Assembly (NCBI GenBank): GCA_025056895.1
Contig: JANWVJ010000001.1
Coordinates: forward strand, 9,632 to 73,631
Direction: 5' to 3'
Length of the DNA stretch: 64,000 nucleotides
DNA from: Thermoflexales bacterium
GTDB lineage: Bacteria; Chloroflexota; Anaerolineae; J036; Brachytrichaceae
Under the pieces are notes generated by a model. It saw only the letters and a list, made by a program, of their open reading frames with translations. It was not told the DNA's origin and did not search any database. The position numbers and the translations under genes were made by a program. Below are positions 36,844 through 46,771 of this stretch, piece after piece (the first letter of the stretch is position 1; every line of letters starts with the position of its first letter).

Positions 36844-38247
36844 ATGCAATCCTCACCCAGTGCTCCATCCGCCGCAACCGAGAAAGTGCCCTTTCTAACC
36901 AAACTGGCTTTTGGCGCCGGCGACGTGGGGCCGGCCGTCGCAACGGCCATCATGTCGTTCTTCCTGCTGTATTTCCTGACCGATGTGGCGCGCCTGAATC
37001 CCGCCGCCGCCGGCCTGATCCTGCTGTTGAACAAGATCTGGGACTCGGTCAATGATCCGCTGGTGGGTATGGTATCCGATCGGCTGCGTACGCGTTGGGG
37101 ACGTCGGCGGCCTTGGTTCCTGTTCGGCGCCATTCCGTTCGGCCTAACATTTCTGCTGTTGTTCTTGGTTCCGCCGTTCGACGACACAGGAAAATTTGCG
37201 TACTACCTGGTGGTCTCGTTGATGCTCGATTTGGCATTCACCGTGGTCAATGTGCCCTATACGGCCCTCACAGCAGAATTGACGCGCGACTATGATGAGC
37301 GCACCAGTCTGAATCAGTATCGATTCGCATTCTCGATCGGCAGCGGCCTGATCGCCGCCGTAGCGCATCCGATCATCGTGAACGCCGTCCAGCCGGCTGC
37401 CGGCGTGCAAACTGCTTATGCTGTGTCTGCGCTGGTATGGGCTGTTGTAGCGACCGTGCCGTTCTTCTTCGCGTTCTGGGGCACCTATGAACGCCACACT
37501 GTTGAAGAGGAAGCCCCTATGCCCATTCTGCAAGCCCTGCGGTTCACATTTGCCAATCGCGCCTTCCGCTATGTGACTGCCATCTACCTGGCCTCGTGGC
37601 TGGTCGTGCAGACTGTCTCAACGATTGTGGTGTACTACCTCACGTACTGGCTGCGTCAACCGGAGCTGACCGCGCCGGTGATCCTGGCCGTGCAAGGCAG
37701 CGCGTTGATCTGGTTGTTTATCTGGACGAGGGTCAGTAGGCGGGTGGGCAAAAAGGGCGTTTATTTTCGCGGCATGGGCTTCTGGATCGCCGTGTCGTTC
37801 GCGCTGTTCGTGGTGCAACCGGACTGGCCAGCATGGACGATCATCCTCTTGGGCGCGCTGGCCGGCGTGGGCGTGGCAACCGCCTATCTTGTGCCATGGG
37901 CCATGCTCCCGGATGTCATTGAGCTGGATGAGCTGCAAACCGGTCGCCGGCGCGAGGGAGCGTTCTACGGCTTCTTTGTGTTGCTACAAAAGTTGGGGCT
38001 GGCGGTTGGGTTGTTCTTGGTCAGCCAAGTGTTGGCCTGGTCCGGCTACATTACCCCGCCGGCAAATGCCACCACACCGATTGTTCAACCTGACAGCGCC
38101 TTGCTGGCGATTCGCTGGATGATCGGGCCGGCGCCGGCAATCGTCTTGCTCATCGGCATGGGGTTAGTGTGGCGTTTCCCGATCACCAAAGCTCAACATG
38201 AGCAGACCCTTGCAGAGCTGCAAAAACGTCGTGGGCAACTGGCATGA
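36844..38247 (+). CDS. MFS transporter, glycoside-pentoside-hexuronide (GPH):cation symporter family
   Basis: GPH signature DRLRTRWGRRRPWFLFGAIP. 12-TM pattern. GGAGG lies 7 nt upstream of the ATG. Confidence 0.8.
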   Translation: MQSSPSAPSAATEKVPFLTKLAFGAGDVGPAVATAIMSFFLLYFLTDVARLNPAAAGLILLLNKIWDSVNDPLVGMVSDRLRTRWGRRRPWFLFGAIPFGLTFLLLFLVPPFDDTGKFAYYLVVSLMLDLAFTVVNVPYTALTAELTRDYDERTSLNQYRFAFSIGSGLIAAVAHPIIVNAVQPAAGVQTAYAVSALVWAVVATVPFFFAFWGTYERHTVEEEAPMPILQALRFTFANRAFRYVTAIYLASWLVVQTVSTIVVYYLTYWLRQPELTAPVILAVQGSALIWLFIWTRVSRRVGKKGVYFRGMGFWIAVSFALFVVQPDWPAWTIILLGALAGVGVATAYLVPWAMLPDVIELDELQTGRRREGAFYGFFVLLQKLGLAVGLFLVSQVLAWSGYITPPANATTPIVQPDSALLAIRWMIGPAPAIVLLIGMGLVWRFPITKAQHEQTLAELQKRRGQLA

Positions 38248-38287
38248 CTCGACACCGGCTTGAGCCCAGAACAAATATCGGTGTGCC

Positions 38288-38330
38288 GAATCTGACCTTA
38301 AAGGAATCTGACCTTAAAGAGACCTTAAAG
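38288..38330. repeat. Tandem direct repeat: 2 x 16 nt GAATCTGACCTTAAAG plus a third partial copy GACCTTAAAG
   Basis: 38288-38303 and 38304-38319 are identical 16-mers. 38321-38330 repeats the GACCTTAAAG core. The array ends 3 nt before the GGAGG of the downstream gene. Confidence 0.8.
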
Positions 38331-38347
38331 AATGGAGGTGGACAAGC

Positions 38348-39427
38348 ATGGAACTGACCAGCCGAGAACGCATCGCCAACATCCTGCGCCGCAAGCCGGT
38401 AGATCGCATCGGCTTATTCGAGCACTTCTGGAACGACACGCAGGCAGTTTGGACTCAACAAGGGCATCTCAAGCCGGGTGAATCGCTGTGTGATCATTTC
38501 GGCTTTGACTTGGAGCTGGTCTGGCCGTTCGAGATGACCGCCGACCTGGATTTCACACCAGAAGTTTTGGAAGAAACCGAAGAGACGCGCCTGGTGCGCA
38601 ACGGCAACTATGCCGTGATGCGCACGCATAAACTGCATGACTCGACACCGGAGCATATCGATTTTCTGGTTAAAGACCGCGCCACCTGGGAAGAGCACAT
38701 CAAGCCCAGATTGAAAGCAGAGCGCCGGCGCATCAAATTTGACGAATATCGAGCTGCTAAAGCGCGCGCGCACGCAGCCAATCGCTTCTTCGCTTGGTCT
38801 GGGGTCAACGTATTCGAGATCATGAAAGATGTCACCGGCCACCAGTGGATGTTGATCGGCATGGCCGAAGACCCCGACTGGGTGCGGGACATGGCGATGA
38901 CCTACGCTCGATTGATTGTGCAGTTGCAGGAAATCTTATTCGCCGAAGAGGGATTACCCGACGGTGTGTGGTACTACGAAGACATGGGGTTCAAACATCG
39001 GCCCTTCATGTCCCCGGCCATGTACCGGCAGATCATCGAGCCGGCGCACACGCTCACCATCGATTTTGCCAAGAGCAAGGGCTTGCCGGTGATCATGCAT
39101 TCCTGCGGATATGTGGAGCCATTGTTGCCGGGCATGATACGCGCCGGCATCGATATGTTGCAGGTGATCGAAGTCAAGGCCGGCATGGACCTGCTCAAAC
39201 TACACCGCGAATATGGAGACCGACTGTCTTTCATGGGTGGCATCGACGTGCGCGCCCTGTACACCAACGATCGCGCTGTGATCGACGCCGAGCTAGAGAA
39301 CAAAATCCCAACAGTCAAACAAGGATACGGCTACGTGTTGCACAGCGATCACTCTATCCCAAACACCGTGTATTACGACACCTACTGCTATTTCATTCAG
39401 AAAGGGTTGGCGTTGGGACGGTACTAA
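38348..39427 (+). CDS. Uroporphyrinogen decarboxylase (URO-D) family protein of unknown substrate
   Basis: The size and the C-terminal pattern (VIMHSCGYVEPLLPGMIRAGIDMLQVIE..GGIDV..VLHSDHSIP) resemble URO-D/MtaA-like TIM-barrel proteins. The genomic context is sugar-related, not heme-related. Confidence 0.6.
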   Translation: MELTSRERIANILRRKPVDRIGLFEHFWNDTQAVWTQQGHLKPGESLCDHFGFDLELVWPFEMTADLDFTPEVLEETEETRLVRNGNYAVMRTHKLHDSTPEHIDFLVKDRATWEEHIKPRLKAERRRIKFDEYRAAKARAHAANRFFAWSGVNVFEIMKDVTGHQWMLIGMAEDPDWVRDMAMTYARLIVQLQEILFAEEGLPDGVWYYEDMGFKHRPFMSPAMYRQIIEPAHTLTIDFAKSKGLPVIMHSCGYVEPLLPGMIRAGIDMLQVIEVKAGMDLLKLHREYGDRLSFMGGIDVRALYTNDRAVIDAELENKIPTVKQGYGYVLHSDHSIPNTVYYDTYCYFIQKGLALGRY

Positions 39428-39437
39428 GGCTGATCGC

Positions 39438-40775
39438 TTAGGCAAACTGCGGCAAATGTTTGGCGTGGGCGCGCAGCAAGTCGTCCAGCAGGTGTTCTGC
39501 TTGAGTGTATGAGTGAATGTGCGGATCAAGCAGAAGAGCTTGCAAGGCAGCACTGCGGTCACCTCGCACGGCTGCTTCAACCGTCAACTCCTGAATGTCA
39601 ATCTCACGGCGCAAGAGCGCAGCCAAGCCAGCCGGCAGATCGCCAACGGATGCGCCGTGCACTCCCAGCCGGTTGACCACCGCCGGCACTTCCACCACGG
39701 CGCCGGCCGGCAGATTACCGATGCACCCCCCGTTCGGCACGCTGACCGTGCATTCAAGCCGGCTCACGGGGTCGGCGACAGCGTATGCCTCGGCGACAGC
39801 GACGATGAGGTGCGCCGATCGCGCGCCGTCCGGCTGAATGTCGAAAGAGGATTCGCCGCGCGCAACTGCGTGCATCTGCGCCAGCCGTTCACCGCGCTGC
39901 CGCTCGTATGCTGCGAAATCAGGGCCGAGCAGGGGGATCGTTTCGTGGGCGAAGCCGAGAAACTCACCAACCCGCAAATCGCCGGCAGCGCAGAACAACC
40001 CAAACGCATCCAACAGTCGCCGCGAAAGCAACGCAAAATCAGGCGGCATCTGGCGCACCCTCTCGCGGAAAACCGGGTACAGATCACGCCCGCTTGCACG
40101 CTCACGCATATCGAGGATGAAGGTGAAGTGATTCAAGCCGGCAATCGTCAGCGTGATTTTTTGCTCGATCTCCTCTGTTCGCGCCGCCTCAGCCTGATCG
40201 ATCGGCTCGACTAGCCCAAGCACGCGATTCACCAGTCGATATCCCTCTGTCCCGTGCGAGCACAAGCCAACACAGCGAACGCGGGTGTGTCGCGCCAACG
40301 CCAGGCAGACACGGCTGAGCGGATCGGTTAAGTTGATCAACAAGGCAGTCGGGCACAGCTCTTCGACATCACGGGCAACGCTCAGCGCGAGTGGAATGCT
40401 GCGCAGGGCGTGTGACAGCCCGCCCGGTCCACCATTCTCGCCCCGCACGTGCCGAACACCGTGCCGCAGGGGGAGTTGCCAATCCAAACGCCAGGTCGCC
40501 AGGCGATCGACGGTTGCCGCCAGGAGAACCACGTGCGCACCGGCCAACGCTACGCGGCGATCGGTAGTGTGAGAAATGGCGAACGCCCGCCCCGCCAGGT
40601 CGTTGGCATGGGCAGCCACGCGCGCCATCAGCGCGACAGCCGATTCGTCTGCATCGACCAGCCACAGCTCACTGCCGCGCAGCCGGTCGGCGACAGTGAA
40701 CAAATCGGAGAGAATGGCCGGCCCAACCCACACATCGCCGGCGCCGATGACAACGATTCGCAGAGCACGCCTCAT
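39438..40775 (-). CDS. Glycoside hydrolase family 4-like NAD-dependent enzyme
   Basis: N-terminal Rossmann motif [23 protein letters not shown] and VGLCSHG motifs correspond to GH4 INxTNP and GLCH, with one inserted Ser. The start is placed at the internal Met, 40775. Confidence 0.7.
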   Translation of the reverse strand: MRRALRIVVIGAGDVWVGPAILSDLFTVADRLRGSELWLVDADESAVALMARVAAHANDLAGRAFAISHTTDRRVALAGAHVVLLAATVDRLATWRLDWQLPLRHGVRHVRGENGGPGGLSHALRSIPLALSVARDVEELCPTALLINLTDPLSRVCLALARHTRVRCVGLCSHGTEGYRLVNRVLGLVEPIDQAEAARTEEIEQKITLTIAGLNHFTFILDMRERASGRDLYPVFRERVRQMPPDFALLSRRLLDAFGLFCAAGDLRVGEFLGFAHETIPLLGPDFAAYERQRGERLAQMHAVARGESSFDIQPDGARSAHLIVAVAEAYAVADPVSRLECTVSVPNGGCIGNLPAGAVVEVPAVVNRLGVHGASVGDLPAGLAALLRREIDIQELTVEAAVRGDRSAALQALLLDPHIHSYTQAEHLLDDLLRAHAKHLPQFA

Positions 40776-40803
40776 GACAACGCACGTAGTGTACACTCGC
40801 AGC

Positions 40804-41832
40804 ATGTCCAGCCTGAATGTGCTCTATCTGTGTCCGCTGGGCCAACAACACCAACACTGGCGTTTACGGGCTGCACCGGCCGGCCTGAATGTCATCATGC
40901 GGCGCAATCCTTCCAAACCGGAGGTGCTTGAACTCATTCCGCACGCCGATGTGTTGATCAGCGAGCGATCCGGCGTCATCGATCGCGACATCATCGCCGC
41001 CGGCGCGCGCTTGAAGCTGATCCAGCGCATCGGCTCTTTGGCCCACGACATCGACGTGCAGGCCGCCCAGGCGTTCGGCGTGCCGGTGGCAACACAACCG
41101 ATCGTCGGCACGATTGCGGTGGCTGAACACGTCGTCCTGCAAATGCTGGCTGTGCTGCGCCGTGTGATGCCGGAACAGACCATCTTGCGCCAACCGCCAG
41201 AGCGCTTCATCGGCGGGCCGCCGCGTCGCACCACCGAGGATGTCTTCTTCTTCAACTGGAGCGGTCAGACCCAAGTCGCCTTGATGTACGGCAAAACGGT
41301 CGGCATTCTGGGGTTCGGCGAGATCGGGGCCGAGCTGGCGCGCCGTTTAGTCGGCTGGCAATGCCGCATCCTATACAACAAGCGCACACCTCTGCCGGCG
41401 CACATCGAGCACTCCTTTCACATCGCTTATTGCGACGCGGACAAGTTGCTTTCAGAAAGCGATATCGTGGTGTGCTTGTTGCCTTACTCGTCGGAGACAG
41501 ATCAATGGCTGAATGTACAGCGCATCGCCCTGATGAAGCGCGGAGCCATCCTGATCGAGGCCGGCAGCGGCAGCGTGGTGGACGAGCGCGCAGTCGCCAC
41601 CGCGCTCGAGCAAGGGCATTTAAGCGGCGCTGCATTCGACACTTATGAATGGGAGCCGATTGCACCGGACAACCCGCTGTTGCAGTTGATTGAGCGTGAC
41701 CCGAACGCGAATGTGTTGCTCACACCGCATATCGGCTCGTGCAACGATATCTCTGCCGGCGAATTCGCCCAGTTCTACAACAATGCGCTGCGTCTTCTGC
41801 GCGGCGAGCCGCTGCAAGGGTTGGTCACATGA
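40804..41832 (+). CDS. D-isomer-specific 2-hydroxyacid dehydrogenase family protein
   Basis: NAD motif VGILGFGEIGAELARRL. Catalytic region LLTPHIGS. The start is at ATG 40804 (MSSLNVLYL..), since the ORF-track extension overlaps the divergent gene. Confidence 0.8.
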   Translation: MSSLNVLYLCPLGQQHQHWRLRAAPAGLNVIMRRNPSKPEVLELIPHADVLISERSGVIDRDIIAAGARLKLIQRIGSLAHDIDVQAAQAFGVPVATQPIVGTIAVAEHVVLQMLAVLRRVMPEQTILRQPPERFIGGPPRRTTEDVFFFNWSGQTQVALMYGKTVGILGFGEIGAELARRLVGWQCRILYNKRTPLPAHIEHSFHIAYCDADKLLSESDIVVCLLPYSSETDQWLNVQRIALMKRGAILIEAGSGSVVDERAVATALEQGHLSGAAFDTYEWEPIAPDNPLLQLIERDPNANVLLTPHIGSCNDISAGEFAQFYNNALRLLRGEPLQGLVT

Positions 41833-42713
41833 ATCAAGACACCTCCAACACTTCCTTTCGCATCCATCCTCTGACACGCATCGGCAGCGTGCACCTGAGG
41901 GTTTCAACCTTCCACCGCACTGTTCCGTTTTATACGGATGTGTTGGGCTTGGGCATCATAGACGAAGCAGCGCATCGCCTGACACTGGGGGTTGAAACCG
42001 AGCAACCGTTGATTGTGCTGGAGGAGACCATCGGCGCAATCCGCAAGCCGGCGCGCACAACCGGCCTCTACCATTTTGCCATCCTGGTTCCATCGCGCAT
42101 CGATCTGGCGCGCTTGGTGATGCGCTTTGTCGAAACAGAATATCCGGTGCAAGGGGCATCGGATCATGGGGTGAGCGAGGCGCTCTACTTAGCCGACCCG
42201 GATGGCAACGGCATCGAAGTGTATGCCGACCGCCCAAGCGACGCTTGGCCCCGTGAGGACGGCAAGCTGCGCATGACGACCGATCCGTTGGACATGGCAG
42301 GTTTGCTGAATCTGCTGGGAACGCAGAAAGAAGCTGCCGGCTTGCCCGCCGGAACGCGCATCGGGCACATCCATCTACATGTCGGTCACCTGGCCGAGGC
42401 CGAAGCGTTCTACCGCGAGCGGCTTGGCTTCGACCTGATGCAGCGCTACGGAAACAGCGCGGCCTTTCTGTCTGCCGGCGGCTACCACCACCATATCGGC
42501 ATCAACACATGGGCCGGCGTCGGCGCGCCGCCCCCGCCGGCTCAGGCAGTGGGACTGCGCCACTTCACCGTCCACTTGCCGAACAGGTCTGCTTTGCACG
42601 CGTTGGTCGATCACCTGCGCCGCAGCGAGATCGTCGTGCATGCTGAGGAGAACGGCGAGCGGATCGCCGATCCATCCGGCAACCACATCCTGCTCACGGC
42701 TGCCGAAGCATGA
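41829..42713 (+). CDS. Two-domain VOC family protein (glyoxalase/extradiol ring-cleavage dioxygenase-like)
   Basis: Two repeats of the VOC fold: IGSVHLRVS..YTDVLGL and IGHIHLHVGHL..FYRERLGF. GGYHHHIGINTW motif. An ATGA start/stop overlap links it to the upstream dehydrogenase. Confidence 0.7.
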   Translation: MNQDTSNTSFRIHPLTRIGSVHLRVSTFHRTVPFYTDVLGLGIIDEAAHRLTLGVETEQPLIVLEETIGAIRKPARTTGLYHFAILVPSRIDLARLVMRFVETEYPVQGASDHGVSEALYLADPDGNGIEVYADRPSDAWPREDGKLRMTTDPLDMAGLLNLLGTQKEAAGLPAGTRIGHIHLHVGHLAEAEAFYRERLGFDLMQRYGNSAAFLSAGGYHHHIGINTWAGVGAPPPPAQAVGLRHFTVHLPNRSALHALVDHLRRSEIVVHAEENGERIADPSGNHILLTAAEA

Positions 42714-42722
42714 GGCAGAGCA

Positions 42723-43256
42723 TCAACGCCCGGCAAACGTGTTCAATGCCCGCGCGACAGAATCGATCGTGGACTTCAGGGAGGTGTCGCTGACACGAAT
42801 ACTGAGCGGAATCTCCATGTTCAGCGGCACGTCGGTATTAACGGGAAAGGTCTGACTGACCGGAATGGTCACATCAAACTGGACCGGAATCGACGCCTGG
42901 ATGGGCACGTCAAATTCAAGGACTCCCACAACGGGCAATTCACGCGAAACGGTCACGACGGTATTCACGTCGATGGTCTGACGAATCGGCACGACCACGT
43001 TTTGCACAAACGGCACTTCCGCGCGCACGGGAACGGTTTGGTTCAAGCGCAGGGTGTAGTTAATATCCTGATTGCCAAAGGCAATTAGTGCGTCGGCAGT
43101 ATCGGCGGCAAGCCGACGCGCCCACATGATGCCCAAGATCAGGAGAGCAATCAGCACCACGTTGAGCAAGAACGACGCCAGCGCCAGCGTCCACAGCGCA
43201 GCCGGCGCAGAGGGTTTAGAGCGAATCGGCGTTTGCATAGAGATGCACTCCTCCAA
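42723..43256 (-). CDS. Hypothetical single-pass membrane protein with a repetitive V-P-V/I-rich ectodomain
   Basis: TM segment LWTLALASFLLNVVLIALLILGIMW. Then repeated xVPIxxxI-like segments (TVPVRAEVPF, VVVPIRQTI, DVPIQASIPVQFDVTIPVSQTFPV). I recognised no family. Confidence 0.45.
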   Translation of the reverse strand: MEECISMQTPIRSKPSAPAALWTLALASFLLNVVLIALLILGIMWARRLAADTADALIAFGNQDINYTLRLNQTVPVRAEVPFVQNVVVPIRQTIDVNTVVTVSRELPVVGVLEFDVPIQASIPVQFDVTIPVSQTFPVNTDVPLNMEIPLSIRVSDTSLKSTIDSVARALNTFAGR

Positions 43257-43271
43257 ACACGTGCAGCTTGG

Positions 43272-44141
43272 CTAAGCGAGATACTTGCCCATCCACAGCG
43301 CCAGGCGCTCGCGCGCAGCCGGCGAGATGCGTTCCGCAGCGGTGATGGTAGCGGAGCGCATACAGCCCTCCGTCTCATGCGGCAGGGTCTCTGCCACTTC
43401 AACTAAGTTGGCAATTGCCTGCTGCGCCAGAGCGAGATTGGCGTTCAACCGCTCGATCACCATCTCAGTTGTGACCGGCTCTTCAGACTCATGCCATACG
43501 TCGTAGTCGGTGACATGGGCCATCACCGCCAAGTCAATCTCAGCTTCGCGCGCCAACGCTGCTTCGGGTGAGGCGGTCATGCCGATGATGTCGCATCCCC
43601 AGGCGCGGAACATATTGCTTTCGGCTTTGGTGCTGAAGCGCGGTCCTTCGATCGTAACGAACGTGCCACCGAGGTGGGCAACGCCGCCAGCGTCGCGCAT
43701 GGCCTGCGCCAGAGCTGCACTCAGCGATTTGCTGTACGGTTCGGCTATAGAAGCATGAGCCACCCACCCCTCTCCAAAAAACGACAGGGCGCGCTTGCCG
43801 CGCGTGAAGTCAATGAGCTGATCCGGTACGACGACGTCGCGCGGCCTAATTTGCTCGCGCAGACTGCCGCACGCGCTGACGCTGACCAAATGGTTGATCC
43901 CTAGCGCTTTCATCGCATAGATGTTGGCGCGATACGGCACTTCACTGGGGCTGAACACGTGCCCCCGTCCATGACGCGGCAGAAAAGCGACGCGCTTGCC
44001 GCGCAACGTGCCGACGACAACCGCACCGGACGGTTCACCGAAAGGCGTTTGGATGCGGTGTTCGACGGTGTCGGTTAGGCCCGGCATGGCATACAATCCA
44101 CTACCGCCGATAATGCCGAGAACAATCGGCGCTTCATTCAT
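43272..44141 (-). CDS. mtnP: S-methyl-5'-thioadenosine phosphorylase
   Basis: GIIGGSGLY, FLPRHGRGH, VSACGSL and GMT motifs of the MTAP/PNP family. Confidence 0.85.
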   Translation of the reverse strand: MNEAPIVLGIIGGSGLYAMPGLTDTVEHRIQTPFGEPSGAVVVGTLRGKRVAFLPRHGRGHVFSPSEVPYRANIYAMKALGINHLVSVSACGSLREQIRPRDVVVPDQLIDFTRGKRALSFFGEGWVAHASIAEPYSKSLSAALAQAMRDAGGVAHLGGTFVTIEGPRFSTKAESNMFRAWGCDIIGMTASPEAALAREAEIDLAVMAHVTDYDVWHESEEPVTTEMVIERLNANLALAQQAIANLVEVAETLPHETEGCMRSATITAAERISPAARERLALWMGKYLA

Positions 44142-44172
44142 CTGGCTTCCTCCACAATCGGCGCAGCCGGCG

Positions 44173-44757
44173 TCAACGCGCCAGCTCGCGCATCAGTGTA
44201 ATCACCTGTTCCTTCGTGACGACACCGTTAACAATCTTGCGCAGTATGCCGTCTTTGTCCACCAGAAAAGTGGTCGGCATACCCAGCACGCGATACTGCC
44301 TGCTTACATCGCCCAAAGGGTCCTCAACGATCAGATAGGGAACGGCGTATTCCTGAGCAAACTGCTTCAGCTTCTCTGTATCATCGTTTGTGCCGATGCC
44401 GATGAAGACGGCATTGATGTCCTGAAGTTGTTCGTAAGCAGCTACCAAGTCGGGCGTTTCCTCTCTGCACGGCGGGCACCACGAAGCCCAAAAGTTAATC
44501 AGCACGGGTCGTCCCTTGAAGTCGCTCAGTCGGACGGCGCGGCCGTCGAAGGTTTGCAACTGAAAATCGGGGGCAGGCTCATTTTCCCGCAGGAATTGCA
44601 TGACCGGTTGAGCCGGCAGGCTGGCCGGCGCAGCGGGCTGATTCGCGGTTGAGGCAATCAGCAAGCCGGCGCCAAAGCCGAACAACGAGGCGATGCCGGC
44701 CAGAATCACAATCGGCCATGGCGATAGGCGCTTGGGTGAGACGGGCGAACTGCTCAT
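44173..44757 (-). CDS. TlpA/ResA-family membrane-anchored thiol-disulfide oxidoreductase
   Basis: N-terminal TM segment. Thioredoxin-fold active site INFWASWCPPCREE. An ATGA overlap links it to the upstream DUF2085 gene. Confidence 0.8.
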   Translation of the reverse strand: MSSSPVSPKRLSPWPIVILAGIASLFGFGAGLLIASTANQPAAPASLPAQPVMQFLRENEPAPDFQLQTFDGRAVRLSDFKGRPVLINFWASWCPPCREETPDLVAAYEQLQDINAVFIGIGTNDDTEKLKQFAQEYAVPYLIVEDPLGDVSRQYRVLGMPTTFLVDKDGILRKIVNGVVTKEQVITLMRELAR

Positions 44758-45494
44758 GAGGTGCTACGAGGCGTGTACGGCGCGTCCGAGTTGGGCGTGG
44801 ATACCACACGAGCTAGACGCTCTTCGGCAGCAAAGCTGCTTTCGATCAGCGGAAAGGCCAGCCAGGCGATGGCAGCGCCGAACAGCGCGCCGGTCAATAC
44901 GCGCAGCGCCCACGTGCTCTCGCGAAACGGCAAGATTGCCAATGGTGGCTGGCTGAGCAATTGCGAGAAGCCATCGATGGCAATCGGCGCAAGGCCGATG
45001 AGCACAAACACCGGCCAGGGAATGGGCCGGCGGATGCGCCGGCGCGCCATACCAAAGATCATGCCATTGATGGCCATGCTGAGATAAATGGCGATATCGC
45101 GTTGGCACAGGGCGACTTTATAGCCAACCCGCTCGTTGCCCTGGAAGTCGCGTGCTTCTAGCAGGCCACGCGGCGTCAGGGGGTTAATGCCGGTGGCGCG
45201 CTCAAACTCGCCCTCGCCTTCACCGCGCGGGTAAACGAGCTGGTCGCCAAACAGAAAGAATGAACGGAAAGCATACGTGTGGCAAACAAACTTGTACGGT
45301 TGATAAATGGCCTGGGCCAGACCGTCGGCGCCGGCCTTCTTCAACACAGGCGCCAGAAAGGGCAAGCCGACATATATCAGCAACAGGCTCACGATGATGG
45401 ACAACCAGTGCTGACGAAAGGCCTCGGCGAACTGGTTGAGAGCAGAAGCGAGGCGCGGCTGACGCGCCGGCTGCCCAGGTGATTGAGACTGCAC
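44754..45494 (-). CDS. DUF2085 domain-containing membrane protein
   Basis: The FVCHTYAFRSFFLFG and VALCQRDIAIY patterns and the 4-5 TM layout are typical of DUF2085. Confidence 0.6.
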   Translation of the reverse strand: MQSQSPGQPARQPRLASALNQFAEAFRQHWLSIIVSLLLIYVGLPFLAPVLKKAGADGLAQAIYQPYKFVCHTYAFRSFFLFGDQLVYPRGEGEGEFERATGINPLTPRGLLEARDFQGNERVGYKVALCQRDIAIYLSMAINGMIFGMARRRIRRPIPWPVFVLIGLAPIAIDGFSQLLSQPPLAILPFRESTWALRVLTGALFGAAIAWLAFPLIESSFAAEERLARVVSTPNSDAPYTPRSTS

Positions 45495-46600
45495 GCGGCG
45501 ATTATATCCACGCCGGCGATTACAATCGCACTGTGCCTCTTACAGCGATTGCCGCAACATTTGCCGGCGCTTTGGTGCTTGCGCTGGTGGCAACGCCGCT
45601 GGCGGTGCGCTTGGGCTTGAAACTGGGCATCGCCGACAAGCCCGGCGGTCGGCGCAGACACAGCCGCACCACCTCGCGGTTGGGCGCAGTTCCGTTGTTC
45701 ATCGCTTTCATCGGCGCAGCGCTTCTCGCCCAAACGTTCAACGTGCCGACTCTAGACCCCCAAGAAGATACACGCTTCAGCGGCCTGCTGATCGGCAGCG
45801 TGGTGATCTTTGTCGCCGGCCTGCTGGATGATCGCTTGGAGCTGCGCGCCGGCCCGCAATTCGCCGCCCAAACGCTTGCTGCGGGAATCGCGATCGCCCA
45901 CCTGGTCTTCATCGAGCGCTTTCATAACCCGCTTATCGGCCGGGAGCAGGTGCTGACCGGCTGGCCGATTGTGGCGCTCAGCTTATTTTGGTATCTCGGC
46001 ATGATGAACACGGTCAACTTCCTGGATGGGATAGACGGGCTGGCAGCCACTGTGTCTCTGATTGCAGCCGGTGTGACGACCATTCACATGATGCGCGAGG
46101 GCCAATACAGCGTCGCCTTGCTGCCGATTGCCCTAATGGGTGCGTTGATGGGATTTTTGGTGTTCAACGTTCAGCCGGCGCGCATCTTTTTAGGAAGCGG
46201 GGCACAGTATCTGGGCTTCACCCTGGCCTGCCTGGGCATCATCGCCGGGGCAAAAGTGGCCTTGTTGCTGTTGGTGATGGGGGTGCCGATCGCCGATGTC
46301 GCCTGGCAGGTGATCGACCGCCTGCGCCGGGGCAAAAGTCCTTTTGAGGGGGATCGCGGCCACTTGCATCTGCGACTGGCCGACGCCGGCTGGAGCGCGC
46401 GGCGGATTGTGGCGTTATACGCCGCCGTATGCATCACCTTCGGCGGGGTGGCCTTGCTCATCCAGCCTCCTGTGCTGAAGTTGATCACACTAGGGGTAGT
46501 GCTGGCCGGCGTGGTGATCACGCTGGCGCTGTTATCGAGCCGCGCCCAAGCCTTCCATGCACCTCCCACCTCAGACAACACCCGCCAAACGCCCCCCTAA
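45479..46600 (+). CDS. Glycosyltransferase family 4 (MraY/WecA-like polyprenyl-phosphate sugar-1-phosphate transferase)
   Basis: IADKPGGRRRHS, DDRLEL and MMNTVNFLDGIDGLA motifs in a polytopic protein. The start is uncertain. GTG 45533 would avoid overlap with the divergent gene. Confidence 0.8.
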   Translation: MIETARGDYIHAGDYNRTVPLTAIAATFAGALVLALVATPLAVRLGLKLGIADKPGGRRRHSRTTSRLGAVPLFIAFIGAALLAQTFNVPTLDPQEDTRFSGLLIGSVVIFVAGLLDDRLELRAGPQFAAQTLAAGIAIAHLVFIERFHNPLIGREQVLTGWPIVALSLFWYLGMMNTVNFLDGIDGLAATVSLIAAGVTTIHMMREGQYSVALLPIALMGALMGFLVFNVQPARIFLGSGAQYLGFTLACLGIIAGAKVALLLLVMGVPIADVAWQVIDRLRRGKSPFEGDRGHLHLRLADAGWSARRIVALYAAVCITFGGVALLIQPPVLKLITLGVVLAGVVITLALLSSRAQAFHAPPTSDNTRQTPP

Positions 46601-46668
46601 AGAGCCTATTTTCAGCATTTCCTCATCCCTCTCCGACCCAGGAATAAACAAGATGAGCATGATAAATA

Positions 46669-46697
46669 TTGACAGACCCCGGTGAGGGGGCTATACT
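46669..46697 (+). promoter_or_regulatory. Consensus sigma70-type promoter TTGACA-17-TATACT for sufCBD
   Basis: -35 at 46669-46674 and -10 at 46692-46697 with an exact 17-nt spacer. An A-rich stretch lies upstream (GGAATAAACAAGATGAGCATGATAAATA). Confidence 0.65.
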
Positions 46698-46771
46698 GCG
46701 CGTCCAGACAAAATAGGGTAAGAATTTAGGCCGCCGCAGGCCGGCAACTTGAGGACAAAAGAGGAGCACAC

